IMG/VR virus record: IMGVR_UViG_3300023174_000064
Location: 32,001 to 96,000 of that record
Length of the DNA stretch: 64,000 nucleotides
Strand: one strand, 5' to 3'
Origin: a virus
Part shown: positions 48,769 through 60,100 of the stretch, piece by piece
Layout of the letters: the number at the start of each line of letters is the position of its first letter
Position numbering within the stretch: position 1 is the first letter of the stretch
Position numbers and translations under genes: made by a program
Notes under the pieces: model-generated
Seen by the model: the letters and a program-made list of their open reading frames with translations, nothing else
What the model was told of the DNA's origin: nothing
Database searches by the model: none

Positions 48769-50345
48769 TGCTGTTCTTTCGATTGTTCTTCTTCTGGTTG
48801 TTCTTCTTCTGGTTGCTCTCCGGACAACATTTGTTGATATTGTTGCATGTCTTGTGCTTCTAATTGTTTTTGCATCTCTCTATTTATTTGTGCATCAATT
48901 TCAAGAATTTCTTCTTCTGATTGCTTTAAGAAATATTTTCTCACGTAATCATTAGAAAAGAATCTACCAATGTAGGGAGTTACTGCCGCGATAATATCTA
49001 ATCTTTCTCGAAGAATATCATTATCTTTCAATTCTGCAAAATACGAATCATTATTGAAAGTAAAAGTTATTTCTTGATGGATACGATTCCAATCTTCTTC
49101 ACTCATTATTCCCTTAAGAATTACTTGAGTTCTTAGAATATCTAAAAATAATGTACTAAATCGATGTCGTAAACGATCAATAAATTTATTAAATCGAACT
49201 TCATCTCGGGTAATCTCAGCAGAACGACCCATGTTAAATCCGCTATCTCCCTGCATTCTGGAGAGAGGAACACCCAATGCACGGAACAACTTTTGTTGCA
49301 GGTACATCACGTCTTCCATTTGACCCAAGTTTTGGCCACCGTCTAGCGTGGTAATTTCGGTACCTCGCCCACCTTCACGGCGCGGCATCCAAAAATCTTC
49401 CAACATGCTCATGTGGTTGCGTTCATCACGAATTTGACCAGTAGTAGGATCGTAAAGAATCTTGTTGCGATACCTGTTCATGATTTCGCGCAGGTATTGC
49501 TCGGCTTTTTGTTTTGGTAAATTACCTACATCCACATAAAAAATACGACGTTCTGGTGCACGCGAAATTCGATAAATGGCAACCGCATCTTCAATTTGAC
49601 GAAGAAGATTCAATGGTCTGACAGCTTTTTGTAGATACCCCACAACTCGCTTTGTTGCCGAATCAATGATACCAGAATGTGCGTACGCAATAGTATCTGG
49701 TGCAATTTTCCAACCAGCACTAGTTGTCGGAAACGCAGAATCTTTATCGGTATCTGCGTATACAAAATAATCTTGAACATTTTTAACAGGAGAAAATGGT
49801 GCCATACCACCATAAACTGCTTTATCTTTTTCTATTTTTTTAATCTTTTTAATCTTGATAGGATCAACAGGAATTAATTCTACAATTCCTTTTCTTAGAT
49901 CGTTCTTATCAATTTTTTTATAGTAATATACTTTAGAATCAATATACCATCTTCTAAAAATATCACTTGCTCTATTAGAAAAATCCATTAATTTTAAAAT
50001 GTGATTGTATTCTGTATACACTTTAGTTTTAATAGTTTCAGACAAATTTACTCGATCAAGATTTAACTTGATTGGTTTTCTGTCTTGATCTAAAACTATA
50101 GCTTCATTTACTATATCTTCAATAGCAGCATCCACTTCTGGATACAATGCCATAGAACGATAATGTTGAATCATCTGGTTTTCGTCACGAACCGCACCAG
50201 AAAAATCAACAAATGTACCAAATACTCCACCAGTTTCTAAAATATAAGAACCATCATAAGAATCTGGAGTGATAATATCACCAGTTTGTTTTGATGATTC
50301 TTGCTTTTTTTTACCTATAGAAAATCCAAATAATTCTAATTCCAT
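48765..50345 (-). CDS. gp20: portal vertex protein
   Basis: LFGFSI, PEVD.AIEDIVNEAI, IYRISRAPERRIFYVDVGNLPK.KAEQY, EDFW.PRREGGRGTEITTL.GGQNLG. Confidence 0.98.
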   Translation of the reverse strand: MELELFGFSIGKKKQESSKQTGDIITPDSYDGSYILETGGVFGTFVDFSGAVRDENQMIQHYRSMALYPEVDAAIEDIVNEAIVLDQDRKPIKLNLDRVNLSETIKTKVYTEYNHILKLMDFSNRASDIFRRWYIDSKVYYYKKIDKNDLRKGIVELIPVDPIKIKKIKKIEKDKAVYGGMAPFSPVKNVQDYFVYADTDKDSAFPTTSAGWKIAPDTIAYAHSGIIDSATKRVVGYLQKAVRPLNLLRQIEDAVAIYRISRAPERRIFYVDVGNLPKQKAEQYLREIMNRYRNKILYDPTTGQIRDERNHMSMLEDFWMPRREGGRGTEITTLDGGQNLGQMEDVMYLQQKLFRALGVPLSRMQGDSGFNMGRSAEITRDEVRFNKFIDRLRHRFSTLFLDILRTQVILKGIMSEEDWNRIHQEITFTFNNDSYFAELKDNDILRERLDIIAAVTPYIGRFFSNDYVRKYFLKQSEEEILEIDAQINREMQKQLEAQDMQQYQQMLSGEQPEEEQPEEEQSKEQQ

Positions 50346-50391
50346 ATATTCACCATTTTGTTTTTAAATCACGCTATGATATGTAGTTGAT

Positions 50392-50931
50392 TTATGCTAT
50401 CTTGTTTACAACATAATGACTGTACACAATACCAACACTAAATGCACCGAGTTTGTTGTCTTGTGCCATATCTAATTGGAATTGACCGATACCTACAGGC
50501 CAACAATTATTAAGGGTAAATTGTTTTATAACCTTAGCTCCGTTTGGATCATATTGTTGTATAGTCCAATCTGATGCAAAATTTGATTTAGGGCTTCCTG
50601 CGTTTGGACTGGTATTTAATTCATGATGATTCATTTGGTTATGCCAGTCATGAAAAGCTTTATATAATGTTTTTGAGCCTACATCGTCTAAAATAGAAAT
50701 TTCCCATGGTTTATATGTACGATCTCCCGGATAACTTACTGTTCTACCTCTCCAATTAACAGAAATACTTCCTACGATTGCTTCAGGTAAATTTGCAGAT
50801 CGAACGTGAAATTCGGTAAATGGAGTTTTTGTCCCTTTGCCTACCGGTCCTATCTGACCGGTTACGGTAAAACGATTTATTCTCGTTCCACCTTTAAATC
50901 CGCCAATAAAGTCTTCTATTTTGTGGCCCAT
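50392..50931 (-). CDS. gp19: tail tube protein
   Basis: GG.R.NRF.V, A.LP...VG.I.V..RGR....PGDRTY.PW...I.DD, WP. Confidence 0.92.
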   Translation of the reverse strand: MGHKIEDFIGGFKGGTRINRFTVTGQIGPVGKGTKTPFTEFHVRSANLPEAIVGSISVNWRGRTVSYPGDRTYKPWEISILDDVGSKTLYKAFHDWHNQMNHHELNTSPNAGSPKSNFASDWTIQQYDPNGAKVIKQFTLNNCWPVGIGQFQLDMAQDNKLGAFSVGIVYSHYVVNKIA

Positions 50932-50943
50932 GTGTGTTCCTTT

Positions 50944-52074
50944 TTAGCTAACCAAAACTTCTCCGGTAGCAGAATTAGTTACTCGTATTGTTATTGTCGA
51001 TACTGGATACACTAAATCAACAACCACATCTAATATTAGATTGCCCGCAGCTCGAACAGCTTGAGTATTATTTGATTCATCACATATTAAACTATAACTA
51101 GCAATACCATTATTTGCTAAAATACCATTCATTATAGGAGTAGCAGAATTTACTACTTGTAGACGTGTGATTGCATCGTTTATCTCAAACAAATACTGTT
51201 TTAGTGTTGTTGTTAATTGTTTTTTGATGTATAAAGCCAACATCATAGAATTTATTATACTTTGTGATGTACCAGATACCGGATATGAGGTTATATTACT
51301 TAAGAAGAAAGTTCCTTGTCCTGGTATTGAGTTTATTGGATTTACTCCACCAGCTGTAAAATAAGAGATATCACTATCTGAGAATTTTTGTGTCAGATAA
51401 AGAACATTTAAAATTCTACCATTCGTATAACCTGCAGGACTTATCCAAATATTATTACTTTCTGCTGTTCTGGCAAAACAACCAGCAACATCCGGACTCA
51501 TTCCACCATCATACACTGTAGCAACACCGGAATTAAGGTAAGTAAATTTTTTACGACCAGCAACGTAAGTGACGTATTTACTTAAAGTTTTTTGACCAAA
51601 ATCTGCCGTAAATCCGTCATAATTACTACTCATTGATAGAGTAGCAATATCTCTGTAATTACCAACAATAGCCATGCAGTCGGTTCTTGTTGTTGCTGCA
51701 TTTATTGCAGCACTCGAAGAAAAAGTATTACCACCATCAAAAATTACATCCAATTCTACTATATTTTTATTATGGAGAGGGCTGTTTGTTAATAAGTTCA
51801 CGTTGTAAAACGATCCAGTGGATCCGGTTCCACCAACAAAACAAGAACCACCGTATTGCAAATAATTCCAAACACCAAACCATTCTCCTTGCCAATCTCC
51901 AGTTGGTCCACTGGTGGCAAATGTAGAATTACTTAATCTGCCTAGCCAGTCATTTAAAGAAGAAACTGTCATTAAACCAGTTTCTTTTTCCGAAATTCCA
52001 TCAGAACCAGTTATACCAAATTTTGGTACAAGTCCTTTAAAAGAAACCATTCCAGCTTTTAGGTCTTGTGGCAT
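50944..52074 (-). CDS. gp18: tail sheath protein, short and divergent
   Basis: NYLQYG, R.DCMA, DVAG..ART, W.SPAG...G.I, VNP....PGQG, LFE.ND..TR, ICDESNNT; between gp17 and gp19. Confidence 0.85.
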   Translation of the reverse strand: MPQDLKAGMVSFKGLVPKFGITGSDGISEKETGLMTVSSLNDWLGRLSNSTFATSGPTGDWQGEWFGVWNYLQYGGSCFVGGTGSTGSFYNVNLLTNSPLHNKNIVELDVIFDGGNTFSSSAAINAATTRTDCMAIVGNYRDIATLSMSSNYDGFTADFGQKTLSKYVTYVAGRKKFTYLNSGVATVYDGGMSPDVAGCFARTAESNNIWISPAGYTNGRILNVLYLTQKFSDSDISYFTAGGVNPINSIPGQGTFFLSNITSYPVSGTSQSIINSMMLALYIKKQLTTTLKQYLFEINDAITRLQVVNSATPIMNGILANNGIASYSLICDESNNTQAVRAAGNLILDVVVDLVYPVSTITIRVTNSATGEVLVS

Positions 52075-52100
52075 TTATATAGTCCTTTATTCCGTTCCAA

Positions 52101-52108
52101 TATTTATG
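52101..52108 (-). promoter_or_regulatory. putative late promoter for gp18
   Basis: CATAAATA in the gp17-gp18 gap. Confidence 0.65.
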
Positions 52109-52112
52109 TTTT

Positions 52113-53762
52113 TTAAAAATTCACTTGTCCTTCATCGTTATCATAGGAACTAATAAAACCAAAACTAAACCAATCGTCTTCTTCTATTTTTTTAATTTCT
52201 CCCTCAAACAGCTCTTTTCTGATATCAATATTAGTAATTTCTTTAAAATACGGCTGTTTTGTAAGCCAAGAGAATAGCACCAAACACATAACTAGGTCGT
52301 CTGTATGACCATCATCTGCACTAAAACTATTCCATTTTGCTACAAACGATAGTAATTCTTTTATTATTTCTTCGTCTTCAATAATTAATTTGTCTTGTTC
52401 TACCAAACTCTTTAGGATAGAACAACCTAATTTTTTTACTATAGCAGTCGTTCTTACTCCAAATAACGTTTCACCTTTACCAAATCCGCCGTTTAATACC
52501 ATTCCAGCTCGGCCTTTATTCATGCTAGTTAGCAAGTTATCATATTCCAGATCGTAATGTAAAATATCAGCAACCTGTCCACCAATATCATTTACTTCTA
52601 CTAACATGTAAGCATTATTGTATTTTTTACCTAAAGCAGCTAAAATGGTAGGATAGAGCATAGGTGAAATAATATTATTTCTATATTTTGCCACAATTTT
52701 GTATGGCGATTCTGTTATATCAAATACCACTGCAGCACTGTAATCTTTTCCTTGTCCTCTGGAGGTATCCACAGTTATCACATATGCTCTGTTGGGCTTA
52801 GGTTCCTCGTATACCGAAAATCCTTCGGCTGATCTGGATAACGGTCTTTTAGAAACCAACACATGTAGTTTAGAAGTAGAAATTAGTGTGTTAGACGAAC
52901 CAATAAAGTCACAATCATATTCGCTTTTAAACTTCTGTTCACCACCAGAACCGCCACCTAATTGCTTAATAGTTCGTTGTTTCCATTTATCGTCTCGTAG
53001 CGGACCACCCGGATATAGAGGAACTTGGCTCCAATGTACCTCTACTGGCACGTATTCGTTCTTGCCTTCTTCTCCGGCCTTCCTAGAGGCTCCCTGCCAA
53101 AGGTTGTAAAACATGTTTAAACCGTTTGGTGTCGATACTATGATGACTTTAGTGGTTTGACCGGATGTAATAGTCGGATACACCGAGCTAAAAAACTCAT
53201 CCGCAATATTAGCTGGAACGTGGGCAAACTCATCCATAAAGATTACGTTATACGAACCACCGCGAACAGCAGAAGCAGAGGTGGCAGATGCCAAAACACG
53301 AGATCCATTTTCTAACTGAATAGAAGTCTTGTTCCACTCAACCACACCGTGTTGAAGCCATTTTGGAAGATACTCGTAAGCTTCTTTTAAACGCTTCATA
53401 ATTTCCATAGCAGTCTTCATCTTGTTGGCAAGAATGGCTATGTTTACGTTTTGATTAAATATTAAATAATGAACCATCCAAGCAACAGTGGTTGTAGTTT
53501 TACCGGTCTGTCGAGGTAGCTTGGCAATAACAAAACGATTATCTTGGATTGTTCTAACAATATTTTCTTGATAATCATACAACCCAAAAGACTCAAGACC
53601 TTTATCTGTAGTTACAATCTTAATGTATTTTTTAATAAAATATACTGGATCGTTCGCACATTTAATGTACTCTTCAACTTGCTCTTTAGTAAATTCAATA
53701 GAAACCCCAATCTCTTTAAGATTAGGATTGCCAAGATAACCTGATTTTTTTTTATATCCCAT
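52113..53762 (-). CDS. gp17: terminase large subunit
   Basis: YLGNPNLK, PRQTGKTT, DEFAHV, STPNG.N.FY, D.SRG.G.DYS, DDLVM. Confidence 0.98.
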   Translation of the reverse strand: MGYKKKSGYLGNPNLKEIGVSIEFTKEQVEEYIKCANDPVYFIKKYIKIVTTDKGLESFGLYDYQENIVRTIQDNRFVIAKLPRQTGKTTTTVAWMVHYLIFNQNVNIAILANKMKTAMEIMKRLKEAYEYLPKWLQHGVVEWNKTSIQLENGSRVLASATSASAVRGGSYNVIFMDEFAHVPANIADEFFSSVYPTITSGQTTKVIIVSTPNGLNMFYNLWQGASRKAGEEGKNEYVPVEVHWSQVPLYPGGPLRDDKWKQRTIKQLGGGSGGEQKFKSEYDCDFIGSSNTLISTSKLHVLVSKRPLSRSAEGFSVYEEPKPNRAYVITVDTSRGQGKDYSAAVVFDITESPYKIVAKYRNNIISPMLYPTILAALGKKYNNAYMLVEVNDIGGQVADILHYDLEYDNLLTSMNKGRAGMVLNGGFGKGETLFGVRTTAIVKKLGCSILKSLVEQDKLIIEDEEIIKELLSFVAKWNSFSADDGHTDDLVMCLVLFSWLTKQPYFKEITNIDIRKELFEGEIKKIEEDDWFSFGFISSYDNDEGQVNF

Positions 53763-54189
53763 CGTCTAAAAATTTCTGGCTGTCAAGAGCCTTGTTTCTG
53801 CTGCGATCTTTGTTTATTAGATCTTGTAATTCACTGGTAGAACCAACGTAAATTGAATTGTTAGTTGTATGATTAACTTTAATTTCTTCTTTCTTGATTG
53901 CTTTAGATTTTTGATATAAATCTATTAAATCTTTATTCATTTCTGAGACAGTTTTTAATAACTGTCCAAGAACTTCATAAGCTCTTGGTGAATCACCTGC
54001 TTTTGCAACTTTAAGAATTTCGTCTATTGCGCAAGAACCATTATCAATCAATCCTTTAATGTTATCACGAACATAATTAAAATCTGCATCAAGACTAACA
54101 CCTGTAGTGTTGTCTTTTTTTATGATAACTGGTTCCGATCCTTTAAATTCTATACCTAAATTTTGAGAAATAATATCAGAAGAATCCAT
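53752..54189 (-). CDS. gp16: terminase small subunit
   Basis: DF.YVR.N, SPRAYEV, NNSIYVGST.ELQ. Confidence 0.92.
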   Translation of the reverse strand: MDSSDIISQNLGIEFKGSEPVIIKKDNTTGVSLDADFNYVRDNIKGLIDNGSCAIDEILKVAKAGDSPRAYEVLGQLLKTVSEMNKDLIDLYQKSKAIKKEEIKVNHTTNNSIYVGSTSELQDLINKDRSRNKALDSQKFLDDGI

Positions 54190-54194
54190 ATAAT

Positions 54195-54863
54195 TTATAC
54201 ATTTCCATTTATAAGAGTTACTCCATCAATATCATATACATTAAAATTAACAGTTCGAATACTTGTACCAGTAGTAATTTTTCCATAAATGTACGATTTT
54301 GCAACAAACTGATAAGAACTAACAATAAATCTTCTGGTACTAAAATCACCTTCAAATTCTTGAGTTAAATTGCTGGTTGCTATACTAACAGGAACATCTA
54401 TATTTTGGCTTAAACTATTCATATTTACTGATATTAAAAATTCAGGAGAAAAATAAGGAAGAATTTGTTCCATTATTTGTAAATTTTCTTCTAAATTTCT
54501 AGTAAAAATACTTAAATTAAACACAAAATTATAAGGAACTTCGGCATAGGAATAACTGGCGGTTAGACCGTTATTGCTTATTTTTTTGTTTGTTTTATTT
54601 AATTTTCGTATAGGATCGTATATTATCTGAGACAATTCAAATGACATTCTAGGAAGAGAAATTTCTATACGTGTTTTATCGCTTATTGAACTGGGTTCAA
54701 TTAAACGTTTTATAAATTTTTCTTTTGCAGTGTACATCAAAGGAACAGTGAATATTCTTTCATCGCCATTTTCATCTGTCTGCTGTAGTTCAACGCCATT
54801 AAAAAGACTTCCAAAAGCAATAACGAGTTTTCTGATAGAATCATTTTTATAGTGTGAAAACAT
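54195..54863 (-). CDS. gp15: tail sheath stabiliser / terminator
   Basis: IRK.VIAFG.LFN, VPL.Y..KEKF, LPRMSFE, YD..RK, QI.EQILPYF.P. Confidence 0.93.
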   Translation of the reverse strand: MFSHYKNDSIRKLVIAFGSLFNGVELQQTDENGDERIFTVPLMYTAKEKFIKRLIEPSSISDKTRIEISLPRMSFELSQIIYDPIRKLNKTNKKISNNGLTASYSYAEVPYNFVFNLSIFTRNLEENLQIMEQILPYFSPEFLISVNMNSLSQNIDVPVSIATSNLTQEFEGDFSTRRFIVSSYQFVAKSYIYGKITTGTSIRTVNFNVYDIDGVTLINGNV

Positions 54864-55792
54864 TAATAATTTCCTTCAGAGAATGGATCAGTTTCTGTGA
54901 AATTTATTATATCAGAATTTGTAGCTTCTTTTTCTATGTCATCATTATCACCAGCTGGTGTTTTATCTTCACTAGAAACAAGCACGATATTTGTTGTTTC
55001 GCCCACAATAGAAGTAACGTAACACTCTATACCGCTGTCTACACCCTTTAGAGTTTGTGATGTTTCTATATTTCCTGTGACATTCACTAATTCTAGATAA
55101 CCGTTTCCTGCAGGTTTAATTGCAACATAACCAACCCCAGTTGCATTTTGTTCCAGTGCGTCTTGTTCCCTGAATCCGTATACTTGATACACCTTTTCTC
55201 CCGGATAATAAGTGTGTAAAGTTATTCCAGCTATATCGTTGCCAATTGCATATTTTTGAGTATACTGGCGGCTTTCTTCTTGTAGTGCATCGATATCTGT
55301 GGTTCCTGTAGTTACGTTCTCTTGATCGTAAGTAAACAGCTCGCATGTTAAACGATACGAATACAATTTTCCTTGTTGATAAAAGGGATTTTCGTGTTCC
55401 ACAAAATTTATTTCAAACATAGATTTTGAGAGTGGAAAATAAATTAAATCTCCTTCTCTTGGTCGAGTAATTTCAGAAAATCTAGTTTGGACTTCTTGTA
55501 TAAAGCGTTTTTTAGATAAAGTAAGAAATATATTATCTTTAATTTCAATTCCAAATTTACTGGCAATATCACCTTGGCCCCTAAATCCGGTAACAGAATC
55601 AATATACATTTCTAATGGTACAGAATCTTTGTAAGATACTTGATTTCCTTCACCAAAAATTTTATCAAATACTACCATATTTCTTGGAATGTAATACATT
55701 TCTCTGCCCATCGTTTTAATTATTTCAATGGTCAGATCTTCTGTTACGTCTTGTTCACCAGAATAATCTTTAAAATATGGATTAGTGGGCAT
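54863..55792 (-). CDS. gp14: neck protein
   Basis: NPYF, YYIPR, SKFG.EI.D, RPREGDLIYFP, FEI.FVEHE.PFYQ.GK, F.E..PF. Confidence 0.95.
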   Translation of the reverse strand: MPTNPYFKDYSGEQDVTEDLTIEIIKTMGREMYYIPRNMVVFDKIFGEGNQVSYKDSVPLEMYIDSVTGFRGQGDIASKFGIEIKDNIFLTLSKKRFIQEVQTRFSEITRPREGDLIYFPLSKSMFEINFVEHENPFYQQGKLYSYRLTCELFTYDQENVTTGTTDIDALQEESRQYTQKYAIGNDIAGITLHTYYPGEKVYQVYGFREQDALEQNATGVGYVAIKPAGNGYLELVNVTGNIETSQTLKGVDSGIECYVTSIVGETTNIVLVSSEDKTPAGDNDDIEKEATNSDIINFTETDPFSEGNY

Positions 55793-55793
55793 A

Positions 55794-56594
55794 TTAACCT
55801 GTCATGAAATCAATTGGCAATTCGTAACTACGTAGGACATCTGCTTCTATTTGTGCTATTTCTGAAGTTGCTTCTGCAAAAATTTGAGCACCGCGCATAG
55901 TGACACCACCGGGTAATTGCACTCCCTCAAACTTAGACATGTTTGCTCCCCATTGACGCTTTATAAGAGCAGTCAAATATCTCTTCAAATAACGATCATT
56001 AAATATTTCAGTGTATTTTTCTGGATCTAAAGCAGCATACGCCAAAATACAAATCCAATTTCCTGCTTTTGCTTCTTCGCTCCAATTCATGTCAAGATAA
56101 AGACGATTGGTTACTTTGCTGAACTCAATAGCCTTTTCTGGTTGAAACATGTCTTGAATTAATTGAATGTATCGTTTTGTGGAATCATAAGAAGCCAGAC
56201 CCATAGAGTAAACACCACTTAAATTTCTATTAATACCAAAATAATCAGTTAGTGCTAATTGATAACGAACGTCAAACATGTTGATATTTGAAAACGCACC
56301 AAATTGCATAACTTTAACTACCGATACTATTTGTTTGCCAGTCGGGCCATCCGCTTCATTTGGTGATAAAATATTTTCTGTATTGATATAACGATTATCG
56401 ATATCTTGTTGGGTTACTTGATATTTAAAAAATACTTTTTCTACACCATCAAAATGACGTTCTGTGAAGTATTGAAGAGCGTCGTCTAAACGGTCTTCGC
56501 ACTGTTCCCAATCCACGTTGATTTCGACAACAGGAGCTCCTAATTGTCGCAAACTATATTGAATTAATGATTCTCTGGAATTTGGTGTTGCCAT
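55794..56594 (-). CDS. gp13: neck protein
   Basis: LR.LGAPV.EINV, ALQYF.E.HFDG, K.Y.TALIKRQWG.N.SKF.G.QLPGGVT. Confidence 0.95.
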   Translation of the reverse strand: MATPNSRESLIQYSLRQLGAPVVEINVDWEQCEDRLDDALQYFTERHFDGVEKVFFKYQVTQQDIDNRYINTENILSPNEADGPTGKQIVSVVKVMQFGAFSNINMFDVRYQLALTDYFGINRNLSGVYSMGLASYDSTKRYIQLIQDMFQPEKAIEFSKVTNRLYLDMNWSEEAKAGNWICILAYAALDPEKYTEIFNDRYLKRYLTALIKRQWGANMSKFEGVQLPGGVTMRGAQIFAEATSEIAQIEADVLRSYELPIDFMTG

Positions 56595-56606
56595 GGTTGT
56601 TAAATA

Positions 56607-56614
56607 TATTTATG
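56607..56614 (-). promoter_or_regulatory. putative late promoter for gp13
   Basis: CATAAATA 12 nt upstream of ATG. Confidence 0.65.
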
Positions 56615-56640
56615 GCAAACAACAATTTACCAATTAGATA

Positions 56641-57162
56641 TTATTCTAAATTTGTGCCTTCTGGTGGGGCGTGAACGTTTACAGGAATTTTCATAACTTC
56701 ACTATAATCTATAGTTTCAATATAGTATTTTCTACTAATAGGCTCTGTTTTTTCGTCTGAATTACTGGGTTCGTAATTTGAAAATCCGGGCATTTTAAGA
56801 GGACAATTTAATTTTGGGTAGTCTAGTTTGCTGTACTCTTCTGATGTTCCAGTCAACCAACTTCTTGGTTTATCACCACAACCACATCCACCACAGTAAA
56901 ATTTGCCTGCAGTTTCGCTGGTTTTGAGATGTTGACATGGTGGCAATTCACCACCATTTGATTGATTACCAAAACATCCCAAAACTCTGAGTTGTTTTGT
57001 TGGCGTATCAATCTTATTATCAGCAAATCCTCTAGACACAATTGCCTGAGCAAAACTTTGTATCAACCCTAGTTTTGTTGATAAGATATTTTTTACTTGT
57101 TGCTCTGGTGGTTCTTCTCTAAACTGTTCATTTTGTTTGTTTTTATTGCATCCACAACCCAT
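56641..57162 (-). CDS. Cys-rich hypothetical protein
   Basis: MGCGC, CGGCGCG, CP; SD AAGGA. Confidence 0.7.
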   Translation of the reverse strand: MGCGCNKNKQNEQFREEPPEQQVKNILSTKLGLIQSFAQAIVSRGFADNKIDTPTKQLRVLGCFGNQSNGGELPPCQHLKTSETAGKFYCGGCGCGDKPRSWLTGTSEEYSKLDYPKLNCPLKMPGFSNYEPSNSDEKTEPISRKYYIETIDYSEVMKIPVNVHAPPEGTNLE

Positions 57163-57190
57163 AATATAATCCTTTCACTTACTATACTAT

Positions 57191-60100
57191 TTATCCGGTC
57201 AAACCTACTGGTGTCAAAGTATAATAACCAGTGAATATTGCTGTTTGTCTTGTTTGTGGTAAAAGATACAAAATAGCATCATTTCCGTTAATATTACAAC
57301 CAAGGTCCCAAGTAAGACGGCTAGGATGTGCTGTAAGATTTATTGCTACTACGTAAGTTTGTCTATCAGTTCCGTCACTAGAAACTCCATCGTGAACAAT
57401 AAGATCTTTTCTACCAATATAGTATCCAGTTGGAATTGGTGCGCCCACAGGCTCCACCCCAATTCCACTTGGCCAAACACCTTGAGAGGTATTTTGATCA
57501 ATGATGTTTACTGTTGAAGTAACATCTATCATATTATATTGATTTTTATTAAATCTGGCTACTTCGGCACTTAAACCTGTTTTAGACACAATTTTAAATG
57601 CATTCATTATTACTCTATTGTTTTCGGTAATACCCATTACTCGACCAAAACTAAAAGTGCCTCCAGAAACAACAGATCCTGTAAATGTAGCACCGGATGC
57701 ACTTAAACCGGCAGCAAAAATTTGTTGAGCAGTAAATGTGTTTGTTACATTTGTTGCTGCACCGCTTGTTGATATGGTAACTGCGCCAGTTAAGCCGTTA
57801 ACAGAAGACACCAGATTTGTAAATGACTGTCCGTTTAGACTCATCGTTCCACTTAACGTGGCACCGGATGCACTTAAACCATTTGGAAGTTGTAATTGCC
57901 CGTAAATAGTGGCAGATTGTTGTAGTGTGGTACCTAATACCGCAGTATTAGAACCTAAACCAATAGCATTAGTACCAATTACTATTTCGTTAATTTGGCT
58001 ATTTGCAGAAGCACGAGTATTATAACCTATGAAAACACCACCTGTTACTGATGTTAATGAAGTTCCTGATCCGAAGTACCTACCAGCATCATATCCTATA
58101 CCAGTATTATTACTGCCTGTTATATTTGATCTAAGTGCCTGCGTACCAATTGCCACGTTACTGCTGCCTGATGTGTTTGATGTTAGAGTATTGAAACCAA
58201 CAGCGGTATTGTCTTGACCACCAACATTACTGCTCAAAGCACCACTACCAAAAGCAGAATTTTCAGTACCAGAAATGTTTGCTGTCAGTGCATTAAAACC
58301 AACACCAGTATTATCAGCACCGTTAGTGTTGACCAATAAAGATCCAGAACCAACAGCAACATTATGAGTTCCTGTGGTGTTTGCGTTTAAAGCCCCAGAA
58401 CCAAGAGCCGCATTTGAAGTAAGATTTCCAGCACCAATACCAACACTAGCACTATTAACAGTAATATCTTTAGTGAAAGCTACACCAGTAATGCCACTGG
58501 GAACCGACAGTAAACCACGTAGTGTGGTGGATGTTGTATCGGTATTACCTATAACTGTAGTGTTTGATCCGTTACCAATAGCATCATAACCTATTACTAT
58601 TTCATTTGTTTGATCATTTGCCCCAGGAGAACAGTCTGCACCTATAAAAATAGAAGCAGTACAGCCAGTATGGTCATCACCATCTGGTAAAAATGCTCCA
58701 GCAGCATATCCTACAGAAACATAACTGTAACCGTCCAGATAATATCCGGAGAAAGCTCCTATACTGGTATTCCATTTTTTATTGTTATTGGCTCCAACGC
58801 TAGTGCCTATGAAAACGTTGTCTTCTTGGCCCAATCCGGTGTTTAAACCAATTCCAATTGATTGTAACGGTCTCGATATTAAACCAGAACCACCGCTTTG
58901 AAATCCAATACCAACACAAGATTCTGGATATAATGCATCTGTGCCTGCTCTACAGCCTATAAAAGTACAATTCTGTGCCCCTGCGGCTTGGCGGCCTTGA
59001 CCGTATTGCGGGCCGTTTCCTCCCGCGTTATATCCTATAAAAACATTTTCTTCGCGAATAGCAGTACATCCGTTGAGTACCTCGTGACCTATTAATACGT
59101 TTCTAAATGGTTGGCCACCAGTAACATATTGAGAAGAAAATAATGGATCTAATATGTTGTCACCAATAACAATAGTATTCGATACGCCGTTTCCTGCAGT
59201 ACTACCATTATCCGCAAAAATACGAGATCCAATACCAATATTATTCCCGTAAGTATACCTGTAAAACTGAGTCGTTCCTGAGACAACCTCTCTGGTTACA
59301 CCAAATCGTGCAATTGTTGTATACTGAGCAGTAAGCCCTACATGTTGGGCACCTAGTATTGGAAGATCAGGTTGTGTTGATGGTATACCAGCAATATTCG
59401 GATAAAACTGGTGATATAATTTTATATTTCCCGCATTTGTTATTCCACCATAACCTATACTACTGATAAGTGTTTCACCTCTAATTACTGTGGAATATAT
59501 AAACCATCCACATACTCCAAGTACAGCCTGGTAACCAGAATACGTAATTCCTTTTTCTGTTGTATAATTACCAAAAATTTGTAATTTTGTTGTTAAAGTT
59601 GTACCAATCACCGCAGTATTGGAACCTAAACCTACCGCATCAGCACCAATTACAATTTCATTGTTTGATAATGAACCAGTATTTACTCGGGTATTATAAC
59701 CTAATAGTACGGATTTGCTTGTGGTTGAGGAATTTTTTCCTGCCTCTGTACCAACAGCAGTATTGTAATTACCGCTTACCATATTGGTCAATGCTTGATA
59801 ACCAACACCCAGATTTCCTGTTGCTGTATTAGCTGCCAGCGCAGCAGAACCCACTGCAGTATTGTAATTACCTGATGAGTTTGTTGATAAGCTGTTATAA
59901 CCTACTGCAGTATTATCATTTCCGTTATTGTTTTGTAGTAAAGAGGAAGCACCAATTCCAGTGTTGTCTTCACCATTTCCATTACTGACTAATGCATTAG
60001 AACCTAATGCAGTATTGAAATTACCTGATGTGTTGTTAAATAAGCTGTTATAACCTACTGCAGTATTATCGTTTCCGTCTGTATTACTGCTTAATACATC

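Noticed and set aside
36888-53762. Introns, inteins or homing endonucleases in gp17, gp20, gp23, uvsW, gp46
   Set aside because: All ORFs are continuous and of ordinary length.
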